Source: Catajapyx aquilonaris (taxonomy: Eukaryota). From it: DNA of 52,230 nt. The translations under genes and the position numbers were made by a program. The stretch is taken from the NCBI GenBank assembly GCA_000934665.2, contig KZ538712.1:1-52230 (forward strand), read 5' to 3'. Within the stretch, counting starts at the first letter, position 1. Each line of letters begins with the position of its first letter. Below the pieces are notes generated by a model. That model ran no database searches and was not told the DNA's origin. It saw only the letters and a list, made by a program, of their open reading frames with translations. This document shows positions 25,721 through 38,092 of the stretch, one piece after another.

Positions 25721-26059
25721 AATAAGGTTAGGGGCTTTGTGACGTGTCCCCTTCCTATGACATCCATCAGGCCTGGATCTTTACTCACAGCGTGATTCCA
25801 TAATGGTATTCTGGATCTGGTTCCTCTTTCCGAGTCACGATACAACTTTTTTCCAAGTGCGCCTTACCCAATAACACCGTATAATAGCTTTACTTAAATA
25901 TGGTACCAATATCTGAATATCTGAGAAAAATTTAGCTGCCAACAACAAGGCCACATGGTTTTCGCGACCTGTAGAGGATGCTCCAAGAAAGCGGGTCGCT
26001 CTAGTTAAGGGAAATTCCTTCGAAACTATCGAAAATATGACGAAGGGAAACCCAGACTT

Positions 26060-26765
26060 GACGGAGGCAGGTGTGGAAAAGGCGCTACGGGACTGGTGGT
26101 ACTCAACGCCAGAGGTGAGGACCTTCTACGAAAGGCTGATGAGGGACCAGAAGGTGTTTTACAAGATGGTAAGTGACCCCAATTGGAAATAGGGTGCCAT
26201 TTTTAAAGGAACTTGTTTTCACTAGATTCTTCTGATCTCAATGAGTCTTAATAGCCTTCAATACTGACAACGGACCTTTCCTGGGGGATAATACCAAGTA
26301 ATTAATATAAATGATGGATTCTACTTTCGTCTACTGATGTTTGATAGTACCATTGACTCCTGATATAAACAGCATCATATTTAACAGATGCGAGTGCAGA
26401 AACTAAGCTAACCCTCAGTTGACCATGGAAGCCGTTAGCAAGGAGCTACGGGAGTGGCGGGAGTCAATCCCAACGGTCCGGAGCTTCTAAGAAATGCTGA
26501 TGGAGAAGCAGAAGTTGTTTTACGAGATGGTACATGACCCCAATTGGAAATAGGGTGCCATTTTTAAAGGAACTTGTTTTCACTAGATTCTTCTGATCTC
26601 AATGAGTCTTAATAGCCTTCAATACTGACAACGGACCTTTCCTGGGGGATAATACCAAGTAATTAATATAAATGATGGATTCTACTTTCTTCTACTGATG
26701 TTTGATAGTACCATTGACTCCTGATATAAACAGCCTCATCTTTAACAGATGCGAGTGCAGAAACT
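26060..26765 (+). repeat. Tandem duplication, ~361-bp period
   Basis: 26175-26404 is almost identical to 26536-26765; the upstream coding parts are diverged. Confidence 0.9.
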
Positions 26766-26790
26766 GAACTATTTGCAAATATGTCTCTTT

Positions 26791-26958
26791 GGGTGGATTG
26801 CAAAGACGTGGCCTGTTTAAACAGCGATCTAATTGAGCCATGGTTTAAACCTCTCTCCATGCTAATCGTGGGCTAAACCCCGTCTTTCCAAGCGAAACCC
26901 TGGTTTAAACCCGGATCTAACTGAGCTGCGGTTTGAACTCTGTCTTTGCAATCCACCC
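26791..26958. mobile_element. MITE, Harbinger-like termini
   Basis: 17-bp TIR GGGTGGATTGCAAAGAC / GTCTTTGCAATCCACCC. Confidence 0.7.
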
Positions 26959-27059
26959 TCTGAAAGCTGACTACTGGCCTCACTGAACTCTTTGTACTTT
27001 CGTAATGCTGTGGAACACGTCTTCATCATACGCCTCTTTTAGCATGCCGTTAACTGTCT

Positions 27060-27310
27060 CTCACTGTTCAGGACACGTTTGCCGCTTTTGTATGGTAACT
27101 CGAGATGAAGCTAAGTATGTTTTTGATAAGCGATTATTCGTGGAGAGACACGAGAGAAGCTACAACCGCCATGTTGCTCTAGGACAGTGAACTAGAAACT
27201 GTGTATAGACTAAAGGGTGACTAGCCTTCAATTCTCTTCATTACAACCATGTCACAAGCCTATTGCCACCTGATGTTCTCATGACGTGATGGATGGTGTT
27301 GCACCGCACA
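27060..27310 (+). pseudogene. EnSpm/CMC-like transposase fragment
   Basis: HVCRFCMV and LPPDV(L)HDVMDGV motifs. Confidence 0.5.
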
Positions 27311-27864
27311 CACTACTCTGATCATCAAAGCTTGCTTGGATAGAGGTTACTTTAACATTGATGCCATAAATGATCGTATGAGCTATCGATCCTCGAGCTA
27401 CAAAAATATTTAGCTGGAGTATTCTCCATGAAAAGTATTTGGGATATTCCGGGTCGCAACAATATAAAGAACATAATGCCTGCAATTACATACTAGAGGG
27501 AACTGGCCTTAGCGAGGAGCAACACGATGCTATGAAACCCACCCTTACCGAGCATATACGGTTGAAATTTCTTCTCTGTTGGCGAAGATGTCAAAGATGT
27601 CGAAGATGCCAGCGAAAGAATTGACATTCTTGAAAATGAACGACCAATGGCTCAAGGGATCTGTGGAAGTACCGGTACCGACCCCAGTTTTACATGCACG
27701 AGGTGATCTAGCAGTTCATTAGGAAGGCCTCGGACTCTGAGGATGCCAGGGACAGAAGCAAGAGAAGGAAAAGTGAATCACTCAGATCCAATGTGTCGAC
27801 AGCTGAGCTGTCCTCTGTCACCTCTATGGCACTTCGGGCTGAAGGTGATGACTCCTCTGCCCAA

Positions 27865-27980
27865 TATGCTGACAACAGTCAACAAAGAAGGACTGGTGAC
27901 TACAGGTAAAACGGACTATAAAACTGGTATGGAAATAAAGAAACCTCTCTGCGTGATGGACTACAATGAGAACATGGTTA
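27865..27980 (+). pseudogene. piggyBac transposase fragment
   Basis: EIKKPLCVMDYNENM. Confidence 0.7.
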
Positions 27981-28146
27981 AAGAAGCAACAAATATTACT
28001 CCAAAGAGAGGCAATCGGATTCTATCATGATGGCGCGATTATATACGCGGTACTCTCGAAGGCCACTCCTCGTACACCAAAATAAGCATCATCCATGACT
28101 GTGTCATGCGACCTATCCCAAAAGCAATACGAAACTATCCGTACGG

Positions 28147-28780
28147 TTGCAAAAAAACACAAAAAAAACACAAAAAAAACATGATATTTATCCGTCATAC
28201 GAAAAGATTCTGAAAGAAAAGCAAGCCGATGAAAGCTTATTTACGACACCCCTGGTTCCTCTCTGTCTCACTGATGACAACACCGGACAACACTACTGGG
28301 AAAACCCTCGCCCGTCCTCGACTTCATTCTGCCGCCCCATCCACTTGTATGGATCCAAGAAACAAAGGAAACAATTAAAAAATAAGCAGAGTACATCCAG
28401 AACCAAATCACCAACCTGCAGCCCCTCAAGTGAAACCTGACGTCATCAATGTTTCCATCATGATGACAATGGTGGACGGAAAGGTCAGTATTATTAACAT
28501 TAATCCATACACGCAAGTTACGTTGAGTTATATCTAGTCTTACGTTTCTGTTATTACATTCTTGAAAGGTTTCCAGTGAATTGATCAGCACATCATCCAT
28601 GAAATGTTTCATTTGTGACGCTAAGTTGTCGGAAATTAACGACTTGGAGAGGATGATGAAATTGCCAGAGAAGAAGGAAAACTTCGGATTTGACCCCTCT
28701 CCTCTCCATGCTCGTATAAGATTCTTCGAGTGCCTCTTGAACGTATCTTATAGGATGGACTTTCAGAAGTGGAAGGTAAA
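28147..28780 (+). pseudogene. Transib transposase central fragment with intron (~28484-28569)
   Basis: WENPRPSSTSFCRPI, TMVDGK, STSSMKCFIC and SPLHARIRFFECLL motifs. Confidence 0.88.
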
Positions 28781-29139
28781 TAGTGTGTTCATTATGATGA
28801 TTGCTCTAAGTTTCAAAACCGTGATATGAAACAGCTGATCGTCGCGCATTATGGAGAATCAGTCACAATTGCTCCTAACAGTAGGATAAGTGAACCAGAC
28901 ATTTTCATTTTCTCTCATCTGCTATCAACGCGGCTGACCTATTCATCAAGCTGAAGAATCAGGACAGAATGGCAGAGGCAGGAACCATGTTGAGAGAAGC
29001 ACTTATGGACATCGATTATGGATTACAAGACAGTTTTTGTGACAGTGCTGACTTGAAGGCATCATGGGAGAAAACCATGATGCCAGCACCTCTCCTCACA
29101 TTTGAAAGTGAAATCTGAAAAAGGGGGTAAGTCAGGTTT

Positions 29140-29440
29140 TTGGTGATATTGAGTCAGCAAGCTAGGACACTAGCAGCAGAGAAAGGTATTGGTGCAATTC
29201 CCGAACAGCAGTATGGTAAGACACTGCCTGAAGACACTGTAAACCTTGTCAGGCAATTCTACCAAGATGATGAAAACAGCAGAATTATGCCAGGAGCAAA
29301 AGACAATTCAGAAAATTGTATATGAGCAGAAAAGGCTTATTATCCTTTGCAACCTCCAGGAACTTCACTCGTCTTTTACATTTTCTCGCCCTCGAGTGAA
29401 AATAGGATTTTCGAAGTCCCTTCAGCTAAGCGACATAGAT
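29140..29440 (+). pseudogene. DNA transposase N-terminal fragment (Sola2-like, tentative)
   Basis: FYQDDENSRIMPGAKD..QKRL..CNLQELH..KIGFSK. Confidence 0.55.
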
Positions 29441-29444
29441 TGGT

Positions 29445-29676
29445 AACTTTCAAAAAGGGGAAGTATGTGCTATTGAGGGTGGAAACAGTGCGCCAACATT
29501 ATGGGGCATCTACTAAAAAGCTGATGCCTAGGTTTCTGGGTCCATTTCTGGTGGAAGATAATCCCACTAAGTAGACATGTAAGTTACGTTTCCCTCTGTC
29601 GTTGCGTATTCATCCTGTAATACATGTTGGTCAACTACGTCAGTACAATTTACACAATTTGCAAGAAGAAGTTTAG
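29445..29676 (+). pseudogene. Gypsy integrase C-terminal (GPY/F) fragment
   Basis: FKKGKYVLL..KKLMPRFLGPF..IHPVIHVGQLR. Confidence 0.75.
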
Positions 29677-30269
29677 TCGGGAAAGTTCCAAGAGGAATCC
29701 CTTCCACTCTCACCATGCAGCTTCTGGGCTAGAATCCCAAGACACCCTCCTCACTCCCACCCACTGTGATTTGTGCACTTGCTCCTGTACACCTTGTACC
29801 TGACGTGTTCCATCTGCATTTCTTTCTGTTAATGGGGGAGGACCTGTACAGGAACAAGGTTTCATAAGTCTTCTACTGATCACTCTTCAGTATCAAGTGG
29901 CATCTCCATACAGTATATCCAAGGGTGTGCAAAGAATGTGGCCAGACATATAAGAATAAGAATGTATTTCATAAGCACATACAGATAGGTCAGTGTTCAA
30001 GGGCAGGTAATTCCTCCCGTCAGCCTGATTTTAGTTCCAATGAAAACGTTAAATCCACAAGTCCATCTGGTAGTATCTCCATGTATCCTAGATAGTGTGA
30101 AACATGTGGCACAGAATATAAGAATAGGAATTCTTTTAGCAAACATCTGAGGAGAAAGCAATGCTTGAAGTCAAGTAATTGCAATCAGGATTCGACTTCC
30201 ATTCAAAATGTTCAGGATGATTCTTCTTCCATTCAAATTATTAAGAATAATCCAGCAAATGAATGCTAT

Positions 30270-30665
30270 AATGTGACCCAAGGTATGAAAGAAGCAGCAA
30301 GGTATCTGAAGTTTGACTCATGGAAGGACTTTCTGAAGTGGAAGGGTGAGGAAGAGGAAGCTAATTACACATGCTATACAAAGCAGGGAGGTCCAAAGAA
30401 CAGGGGTGGGGTTGTTTATCATTATTACAAGTGTGTGTTTAATGGGAGGGAGGACAAAACTCATGTCAGACAAAGAACAGAGGAACGCCACAAAACTACA
30501 AGACAATGGATTAGAGGTCACGCTACTGTAGATCAAAACTGTCCAGCCGGCATCAATGTAAAGGTTGATGAGGAGGGCTACCATGTTAAAATTTTGAGGA
30601 CGCACAATCATGAAAATAAATCTGAGTACATGCAATTCTTTCGCCTCACTGAAAATGTCGTGTAA
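30270..30665 (+). pseudogene. MULE/FAR1-like N-terminal fragment
   Basis: LKFDSWKDFLKWK..YYKC..CPAGI..THNH. Confidence 0.55.
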
Positions 30666-32865
30666 TTAGTGAATGGAAGAATGGTGTCCCTGCGAGATAA
30701 ATTCAAAAGCAACTCATGGGTGAAGCTGGTAACTTGGCGAACCGGGATAATTTCCCATACAAGCAGAGGCATTTTATAACTCTATCGAACGTCAATTGAA
30801 TAATTATGGAACAATGCTACACATTCCAAAAATATCAGACTTGTAGGTGTGTTATATGGAATCACAAATGACGATTCTGAAGGTTTTCGCCATAATTGCG
30901 ATTACTGTTATTTAATTGTCACTACACCTGCTCTCTAAAGTATACACGTATGCTTCTCCCTATACAATGCAGTGGCTTTCGATGGTTCTATTAAAGTGTG
31001 AGCCACTTTGTTTCATTCCTAGACCTGCTCCAACTGCAACACCACATCCACGACGCATTGGCGATTCTGCGGAAGGAGGAGGGTATGCAACGCCTGTGGG
31101 CTGTATGCCACCAGGCATGCAGAAGACCGGCCTCCCAAATACTGGAAGAAGTCCCAAGGTGGTTGGGTAGTGAATCTTAAGTCAAATCAGTGTCTGTAAA
31201 AAACATGCTACAAGTTGAACTTAAAACAGCGCAATCCCTTCCACAATGGCGGCCCCCATCCGAAGTCGGATATGCAGACTCACATTAAAAAATTCTTGGA
31301 TGCTGGAGGGGGCCACTTTTATTATATTATTTAGTCAGACCTTGTTTAGCATGATACAAGGGAAGTACATGTCAATTTTCATCGGAAACCATACCATAGT
31401 TAAAACGTTATTGAGGAATGTTTGGGTTGGGAGAATCACCCTGTATAAGACATAAGCAAAAGGATTTGCAAGACTAGACACAGAAAGCTCAAAATAATGT
31501 TCTGACTTCTGATGTATGTCTGTCAGATGATATCACTGTCACCTATCTGTCCATGCCTGGACTAGGTGAAATGAAGTTTTACATCGCATACTATGCATAA
31601 ATCAAATCTTTAAGCATGGGCCATCACATCTAATGTGTGTATCATTTCCTTTCAGGCTGACCATGTTCCATTCGCCAATGAGAATAGCCTAACTGTCGAT
31701 TTTCCTACTGATGCATTGCCTGTACTGGTGGAGTTGAAGCTCCAAATGTCCAACGAACCCTGATATTCAAGACACCGTTTTAAAAGCCATGAAAATGCCA
31801 ATGATTGAAAACAAACCTAACCGTAATCCTTTGCCCCTATATGCTTCGGGCATTGGATGCGGTAGAGAACCCGAACTAAACGCAGCAAACACTACACGAC
31901 TCATGGGAAGTTCAGGGTTGAAGGGGGAAAAAAGGAATAACCTGATAAGTCTCTCACTTATTATTATACAGTGGGCATTATTTTGATATAACAAGTAATC
32001 TCATTCTGTACATCAGTGGAATAGTGTAGGTTGGTTGATTTTTCTTTCATGTGACATTCTTCACTAAAGCTGATTTTTGTGAACGCAGTGATTTTTGTGA
32101 ACGCAGTGATTTTTGCAATTCTTTTTTCACATAGGGGCAAGCCTTGTAAATGGTGTTTTACAATCGAATAATCCATCAGGTTCAGTTTAAAAACAGTTTA
32201 AGTAAAGAAGGAACTTGTAATTACTTTTATTTTTTTCATCGGTCATAAAAATTACAATTACAATATATTTACGTTTCTATCCAAATGTTTTGTTCTGCAT
32301 ATCGCTGGTTTGCAATACTCCGAGTACCTCTTACATCGTAAATTCATTATCTCTCAAAAGTATAAAACATCACCAATTGCAAATTCCAGAAAATTAACTA
32401 GGGATAGATAAAAACATAAACCAAATTTTATTTAAATACCATGTAAAAAAATACTGTACAGTTCCTGTCCAAGCGCTGTCAAGTAGCATTTACATCAAAC
32501 AATTGTAGTGGACAATGAAACATGTTACTGATTACCTCCTTTGTTTGATAATATTTTTGCTATTGCAAGCGCACAACTCCCAAATCCTACCTCTGAAGAT
32601 GTCAAAATGTAAGGCTTGACATTACACAGCCTATTATACAATTGCATTATTATTATTATATCTGGTGAAATTTACATTTTATTACACCTGGTGATATTAT
32701 GTGCAATGCACTTTCTAAGTATATGACCATCTACAAGATGATGCTCATGGATGCACAGACCTCCTATTACACACATACAAAACCCATTTAATAAAGCTTG
32801 GCACCTTCAAAGGTCATTTTCTTGTTAATTGCTGGTGCATTAATTTTTAATTAATTTTTGCTAAA

Positions 32866-33140
32866 ATGCTATCTTGCGGCAGGCAAAATAAGTTCATCTC
32901 ATTTTTGAAAGAAGCTGTATCTGTAGTGTTTACGGTGCACTGCGTAATCCAGATGCAACATTTAGTAGCAAATAACTTAAGTGGTCGCCTCCACAACTCG
33001 TTAAGGACTGTTGTCACAGCGATAAATAAGATCAAGCTCACACGTTGAATTCTCGACTGTTTCGGCAGCTCATCATCGAGAACGATGAGGACTCTGAACG
33101 CTTGCTGTTGCACAATGAAGTTAGATGCCTGTCAAAAGGG
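32866..33140 (+). pseudogene. hAT (Buster/ZBED5-like) transposase fragment
   Basis: VHCVIQMQHLV..INKIK..NSRLFRQL..LLLHNEVRCLSKG. Confidence 0.8.
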
Positions 33141-33599
33141 AAACTGCTGAAATGTTGACTTTCAATTCTGTGCAGACAATCTGTGGTTGTTGCCATACCT
33201 CTTTAGATAATTGAGACCCCCCAAATCCCAACAATGGCATTTAAATTTGCATTACATACATAGCAATGCATCTGGTGCATCGTTGGAGGTTGTGACCGAC
33301 AGCCCAGGAGATGCGGACCAGGCAAGAGGGCAACAATCCCAGGCCGTCACCCCATGGCAACACCAGCGTGACAACAGCCCGAGTCTGCTCATACAAGCCC
33401 TAACCATGCTGGCAACAAAGGGGAAATGTCGGGGGGCCAGCCTGACCACCTTGAGAAATTGCAATTTTCAGTGCGCCATTCGTTTGTGCTTCGTTTGTGC
33501 CGAAACCTGGAGCGCTCTCACTGAAGGGACCGATGGACATGGGAATGACATTGCCTGTGAGAGGTGAAGCTGTGCCGGTTTGGTCCTGCGTTATGGTTC

Positions 33600-33772
33600 C
33601 GCTGTATCAGTATGAGGACAAACCGGCAAGCAGTGCCCCAGTAGAAAGTGATTTCAATGACTTGAAAACCCGAATCCTTTCGGGTGAGAGCAAGCCCTTG
33701 AGAGTAGACGAATTTATCAAGATTCGTATGTCATCCAATGAGGGAAGGATGAAGTTGGTGTCCTCTGCCTAG
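33600..33772 (+). pseudogene. NOF/Foldback-like transposase C-terminal fragment
   Basis: ASSAPVESDFNDLK..LRVDEFI. Confidence 0.5.
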
Positions 33773-33852
33773 TTGATAGAATGCGAACATGTTGCCGCAG
33801 ACATGGTAAGAAAGCCTTTCGGCGAATGCCCAAGTGCTGAATAGGTACGACT

Positions 33853-34158
33853 TTGTTGTTTTCAACCATCAGGGGGTCGACGACACTGACTATCAGGGGG
33901 GCGGGAGGGAGGAGGGGCGACGACGACGACGACGACCAGCAGGAGGGAGGAACTGACTGTTTTGCCTGCTTCTGCTGCCTGATGGCAAGACGAACCTTTG
34001 TCTACATGCCATGCATGCATGTATGCGTGTGCGACAATTGCAACAACGTGTTGCGTAACATGGTCGATGAGGAGGGTGGGCCACGACTCCACAGGTGTCC
34101 CATCTGCCGCCATATTGTAAATAGATGCAGGAGGGTATTTTTTAAAGCCTTTAAATAA
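33853..34158 (+). CDS. IAP-type C3HC4 RING finger protein fragment, possibly viral
   Basis: CFCC..RTFVYMPCMHVCVCDNC..CPICRHIV; stop codon overlaps AATAAA. Confidence 0.65.
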   Translation: MLFSTIRGSTTLTIRGAGGRRGDDDDDDQQEGGTDCFACFCCLMARRTFVYMPCMHVCVCDNCNNVLRNMVDEEGGPRLHRCPICRHIVNRCRRVFFKAFK

Positions 34159-34362
34159 AGTTCAGCACATGAGCATATCGCTGCTTGGCCTTTAGGGGGC
34201 ACAGAGAAGGATGGAATGATCTTCTTCGAGGAAACTTCGTGGATTTGGTCTCTCTTTTGGCCTTACATTCCCCTGTTATGTCGTCATACGGTACCTCATA
34301 AAACTTCAGGGTTGCGGCAAACAAACAACACCTTTCGTGTCTTGGGAGCGCCAGAATCAATT

Positions 34363-37300
34363 GAAGGGCTCGGGGAGAGAGAGCGGTATGCCACAAAAAA
34401 TTGGATGATGAGTTATTGCCATCTGGAGGTTAACAATGAAGGTGCCCGTGCATTAAGATGGTGTTTGTCACTCGTGATCACAGGTGGCAGGCGAGGCACC
34501 TCTAGCACTATATTTCCTAGCCCTAATTTCGTCTCACTTTTGATGTCAACATAGTGGTAAGCCACAAAAAAACAAGATGGCGGGGATGGCGGAATGCAGT
34601 AGGACAGGCACTGAGTCAGAAACAAATGTCTCTGACAGTGACAGTGACCGGCTTCCTTCTGATATCTCTGGTGTGGACGATTCAGAAGATGATCCTGATT
34701 ACGAGGTCAGCAACACCGACAGCGAGGATACATCTAGTGATGGGTCAAAGGTGAGACTTTGTTTTGTGTGGCATAACATTGTGTAGTCCTAAGTTTTTGT
34801 AGCTTCAACCGAGCATCGTGGTATGCCACAGTATGTCAGTTAATAACAAGCAGTAGGTGGCAAACAGTGTCTACAGCTTCTAACACTAAAGGCATTATCC
34901 ACATCGTCCTGAAAATACGTCATTTGCCTCTGTGAATCATGTCGTTTGCAATGGCCATTGGGTTGTGGCAAGATGTGGCATACCATTTTGTTGCTTGAAA
35001 ATCTCCTGCTCCACTATTTGACTACTGTCTTTGTAGGATACGGACCTGAATGCTACACGCGCTTCTCATTCAACACCTGTCAAGTCCCCCAGGAAAAGGT
35101 GGAGAAAGGTTCACCAAAGTCAGAAAGCGAAAAGGAAATGCAGGCGGAACTTGGTGTGTTCTAAACCTCCAGTTTAAGCATCATCCCCGTTCCGATATCA
35201 ATATTCTTGATTCTAAAATAATCATACCTTTTATCTTCTTCAAGGGTCAGGCATACCGAAGTGAGAAAACAGGAAAGCAGGTTCCAGAGCGAAGGCAAGG
35301 GGCTCATTGCAATTGCAGGAGAAAGTGCACCGAAAATGTCAAGGATGCATCTGATATATTCCACGCATTTTGGGATTTGGGCAATTTTGATTCGCAGAAT
35401 GCATACCTGTTTGGAATGATGAAGGTCAGTGCACCAAAGCGCACATATCCGACAAAACGGAAAAGTGAGACTTCGAGGAGGGGATGTTCTGTTACTTACT
35501 TTGTCAAGTCAAATGGCAGAGACACAGATGTCTGCAAAAAGGCTTTTCTCAGCATACATGGGTTGCAGGGATCCAGAGGGAGGGTTGAGAATATTGTGAA
35601 GATGATTAAATCCGGAGAGTCACTGCAAAAGGACATGAGGGGAAAGCATAGTAATCATCCAAACAAGTTCCCTGACAAAACTGTAGAAAGCGTCCACGAT
35701 CATATCCGCAGCATTCCTGTATACCAAAGTCACTATAGCCGCAAAAATAATCCAGAGAAAGTGTATTTTGATTGCGAGTTGACAATAACTGGGCTATACA
35801 GAGATCACTACTTGCGCTGGTGCCAAGAAAAAGGTGTGGAGCAACCTGCCTCACAAGACTACTACAGACGCACATTTTGCACCAAATACAACATCGGCTT
35901 TAAAACACCAAGATCAGATACATGCAGACAGTGTGACAGATTGAATATTGTCATTGAAAATCCCGAAAACGAGGAACAAAAACGGGACGCTCTGACACAG
36001 AAGGCGGATCACCAAAGGCTAGCAGAAGTATTGCAAGATTCCCTGAGAACCGAATCGGAACGTGCTGTAAAGAATCCCGATTCGGTTGCACTGATTTGCT
36101 TTGATTTGCAGCAAGCATTGCCAACTCCAAAACTAACTGCAAGCCCTGCATTTTACAAGCGGAAGTTGTGGACTTATAATGTAGGAATACATGATTGTGT
36201 AACTGATTCTGCTGAGATGTACATGTGGTCCGAGGATGTTGCTAAGCGAGGAAGTGAAGAAATTGGTAGTGTTCTATTGAAGTACCTTGAAAAAGATTTG
36301 CCGGAGAACTTGATAGCATATTCCGATAACTGCGCCGGCCAAAACAAGAATTGGACAATCATTTCCATGTGGCAAGACCTAGTGTAAAGTGGAAAATTCA
36401 AAACGATCGAGCACAGGTTTTTCTTGCCAGGGCACACCAGAATGCCATGTGATAGAGACTTTGGTGCAATAGAAAGGTATCAGCGACATCACGTTTCTCA
36501 AGTGTTTGATCCGGAACAGTGGATGGACATTGTCAGGCGATGTAGGAGAAACAAACCATTTCAGGTGATGGAAATGAAACAAGCTCATTTTGTGCAAGTA
36601 AGTTTACTGGCTCAACAAATCAAGAGAGCCACTGTGTGTGCAGATGGATCACTACGCAATTTTTCTTCAGTGGTGTGTTTCCGCTTTGATGCTAGCAGCC
36701 CTAATTCCATGTTTGTTAAGCATCATTGGAGTGAGGACTTCAGAGAAGTGAAAATTGGACGAAGGGGCCGAACATCTCATTCTGCTGCTACCTTGCCAAC
36801 AAAGTACCAAGAATGTGTGCTAATCAACCCTCTGAAGTTGACAGATGTCAAATTTTTGCTGCAATTTGTACCTCCAATCAATCATGCGTACTACCTTTCC
36901 TTGCGCAGCAGTACGCAGGATGATGACTCCTTGGTTAATAATGTTGAAGTGATATAACATTATCACTTCAACATGATTAACCAAGGCATATGGTACTGCA
37001 GTAACGAAATGAAAACTTTGATAAGTACTGCAGTAATCTTATTGCATTGAAAAAACTGCCCTGCTCTCCTCTGTGTACTGACCATTATTAATGTATTAAT
37101 GTATTTCCTCTATGGTCCTGACCCATACACTCTTGCCTCCTGGCGGGACGCGGGCGTGGGAATAAAAGGCAGTCTGGTGAAAGCTAGCCATGAGTGCACA
37201 CGTTCATTTACTTGCTTCCTTCCCTTTCGTGCCTGACCTGATCCGTGACTACCCAGGACCACACATACGACAAAAACCATTTTTTTATTTCCGAATATTG

Positions 37301-37684
37301 TAGCCATTGAATACTAAATTTATTCATTAGTAAATAATATATTTACAATATCGAGGCTTTTAACCCTGATGATTATTGTGGCTAACCATAACAATACCAA
37401 AAGTATTACTTGCCAGGGGTTGAGGTGAAAAGCATGTGGCAACATAATGACATGCCACTTGGAACTGCGCATGTTGGTAGTTAAAATTCCGTAACTATTG
37501 CTATTCTTTGTCAATTGAAAAAACTACATCAGAACCAGTATCCAGAAGAATGTAAGAATAAATGGACAAAATAGTAATTAAAAATTTCCAAAATTATGAT
37601 TTCTACATTTAATTGCAACTTAAAAACCCATTTATCTCGATTCTTAGCGAAAGTGGCATACCATTTTCTCTCCCCGAGCCCTTC
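34363..37684 (+). mobile_element. Full-length Sola1-type DNA transposon (~3.3 kb)
   Basis: ~32-bp imperfect TIRs GAAGGGCTCGGGGAGAGA...GGTATGCCAC; AATT TSD at 34359-34362 and 37685-37688. Confidence 0.9.
34577..36957 (+). pseudogene. Sola1 DDD transposase, probably spliced, with an in-frame stop at 36385-36387
   Basis: CFDLQQ, YSDNCAGQNKN and GHTRMPCDRDFG motifs; ORFs 35050-36387 and 36424-36957 are in the same frame. Confidence 0.88.
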
Positions 37685-38092
37685 AATTGTATCCGCAATA
37701 AACATGGAAAGAGCATACCAGATTTTATATTCCAAGTGTAACCTGTGAGACAAATATGAATTTGTGGGTGAAGGGTCATACATAGGTCATGACCCAATGT
37801 GACACACAATATTTGGAAAGACGCTCCCCTCACCTCTTTTCTTATAATATGATGTTACCAAATTTCAATTAATTTTCTTAATTACTAAACCATTTTTTTT
37901 GTACAAAACAAATAATCTGTGTGGTTGCATTTGGGTTAATAGAGTGTGGGTTGCTTCAACTGGAACCTTTGGAAAATCAATTATCGTTTGATCTCTGGCT
38001 TCCTCTTCTACATTCATAATATTATATGGTGTTTAGTGTTGTAAACCGTATCATTACACAGAGTAGCCTACATAATATTTCTTCGTCGCTAG

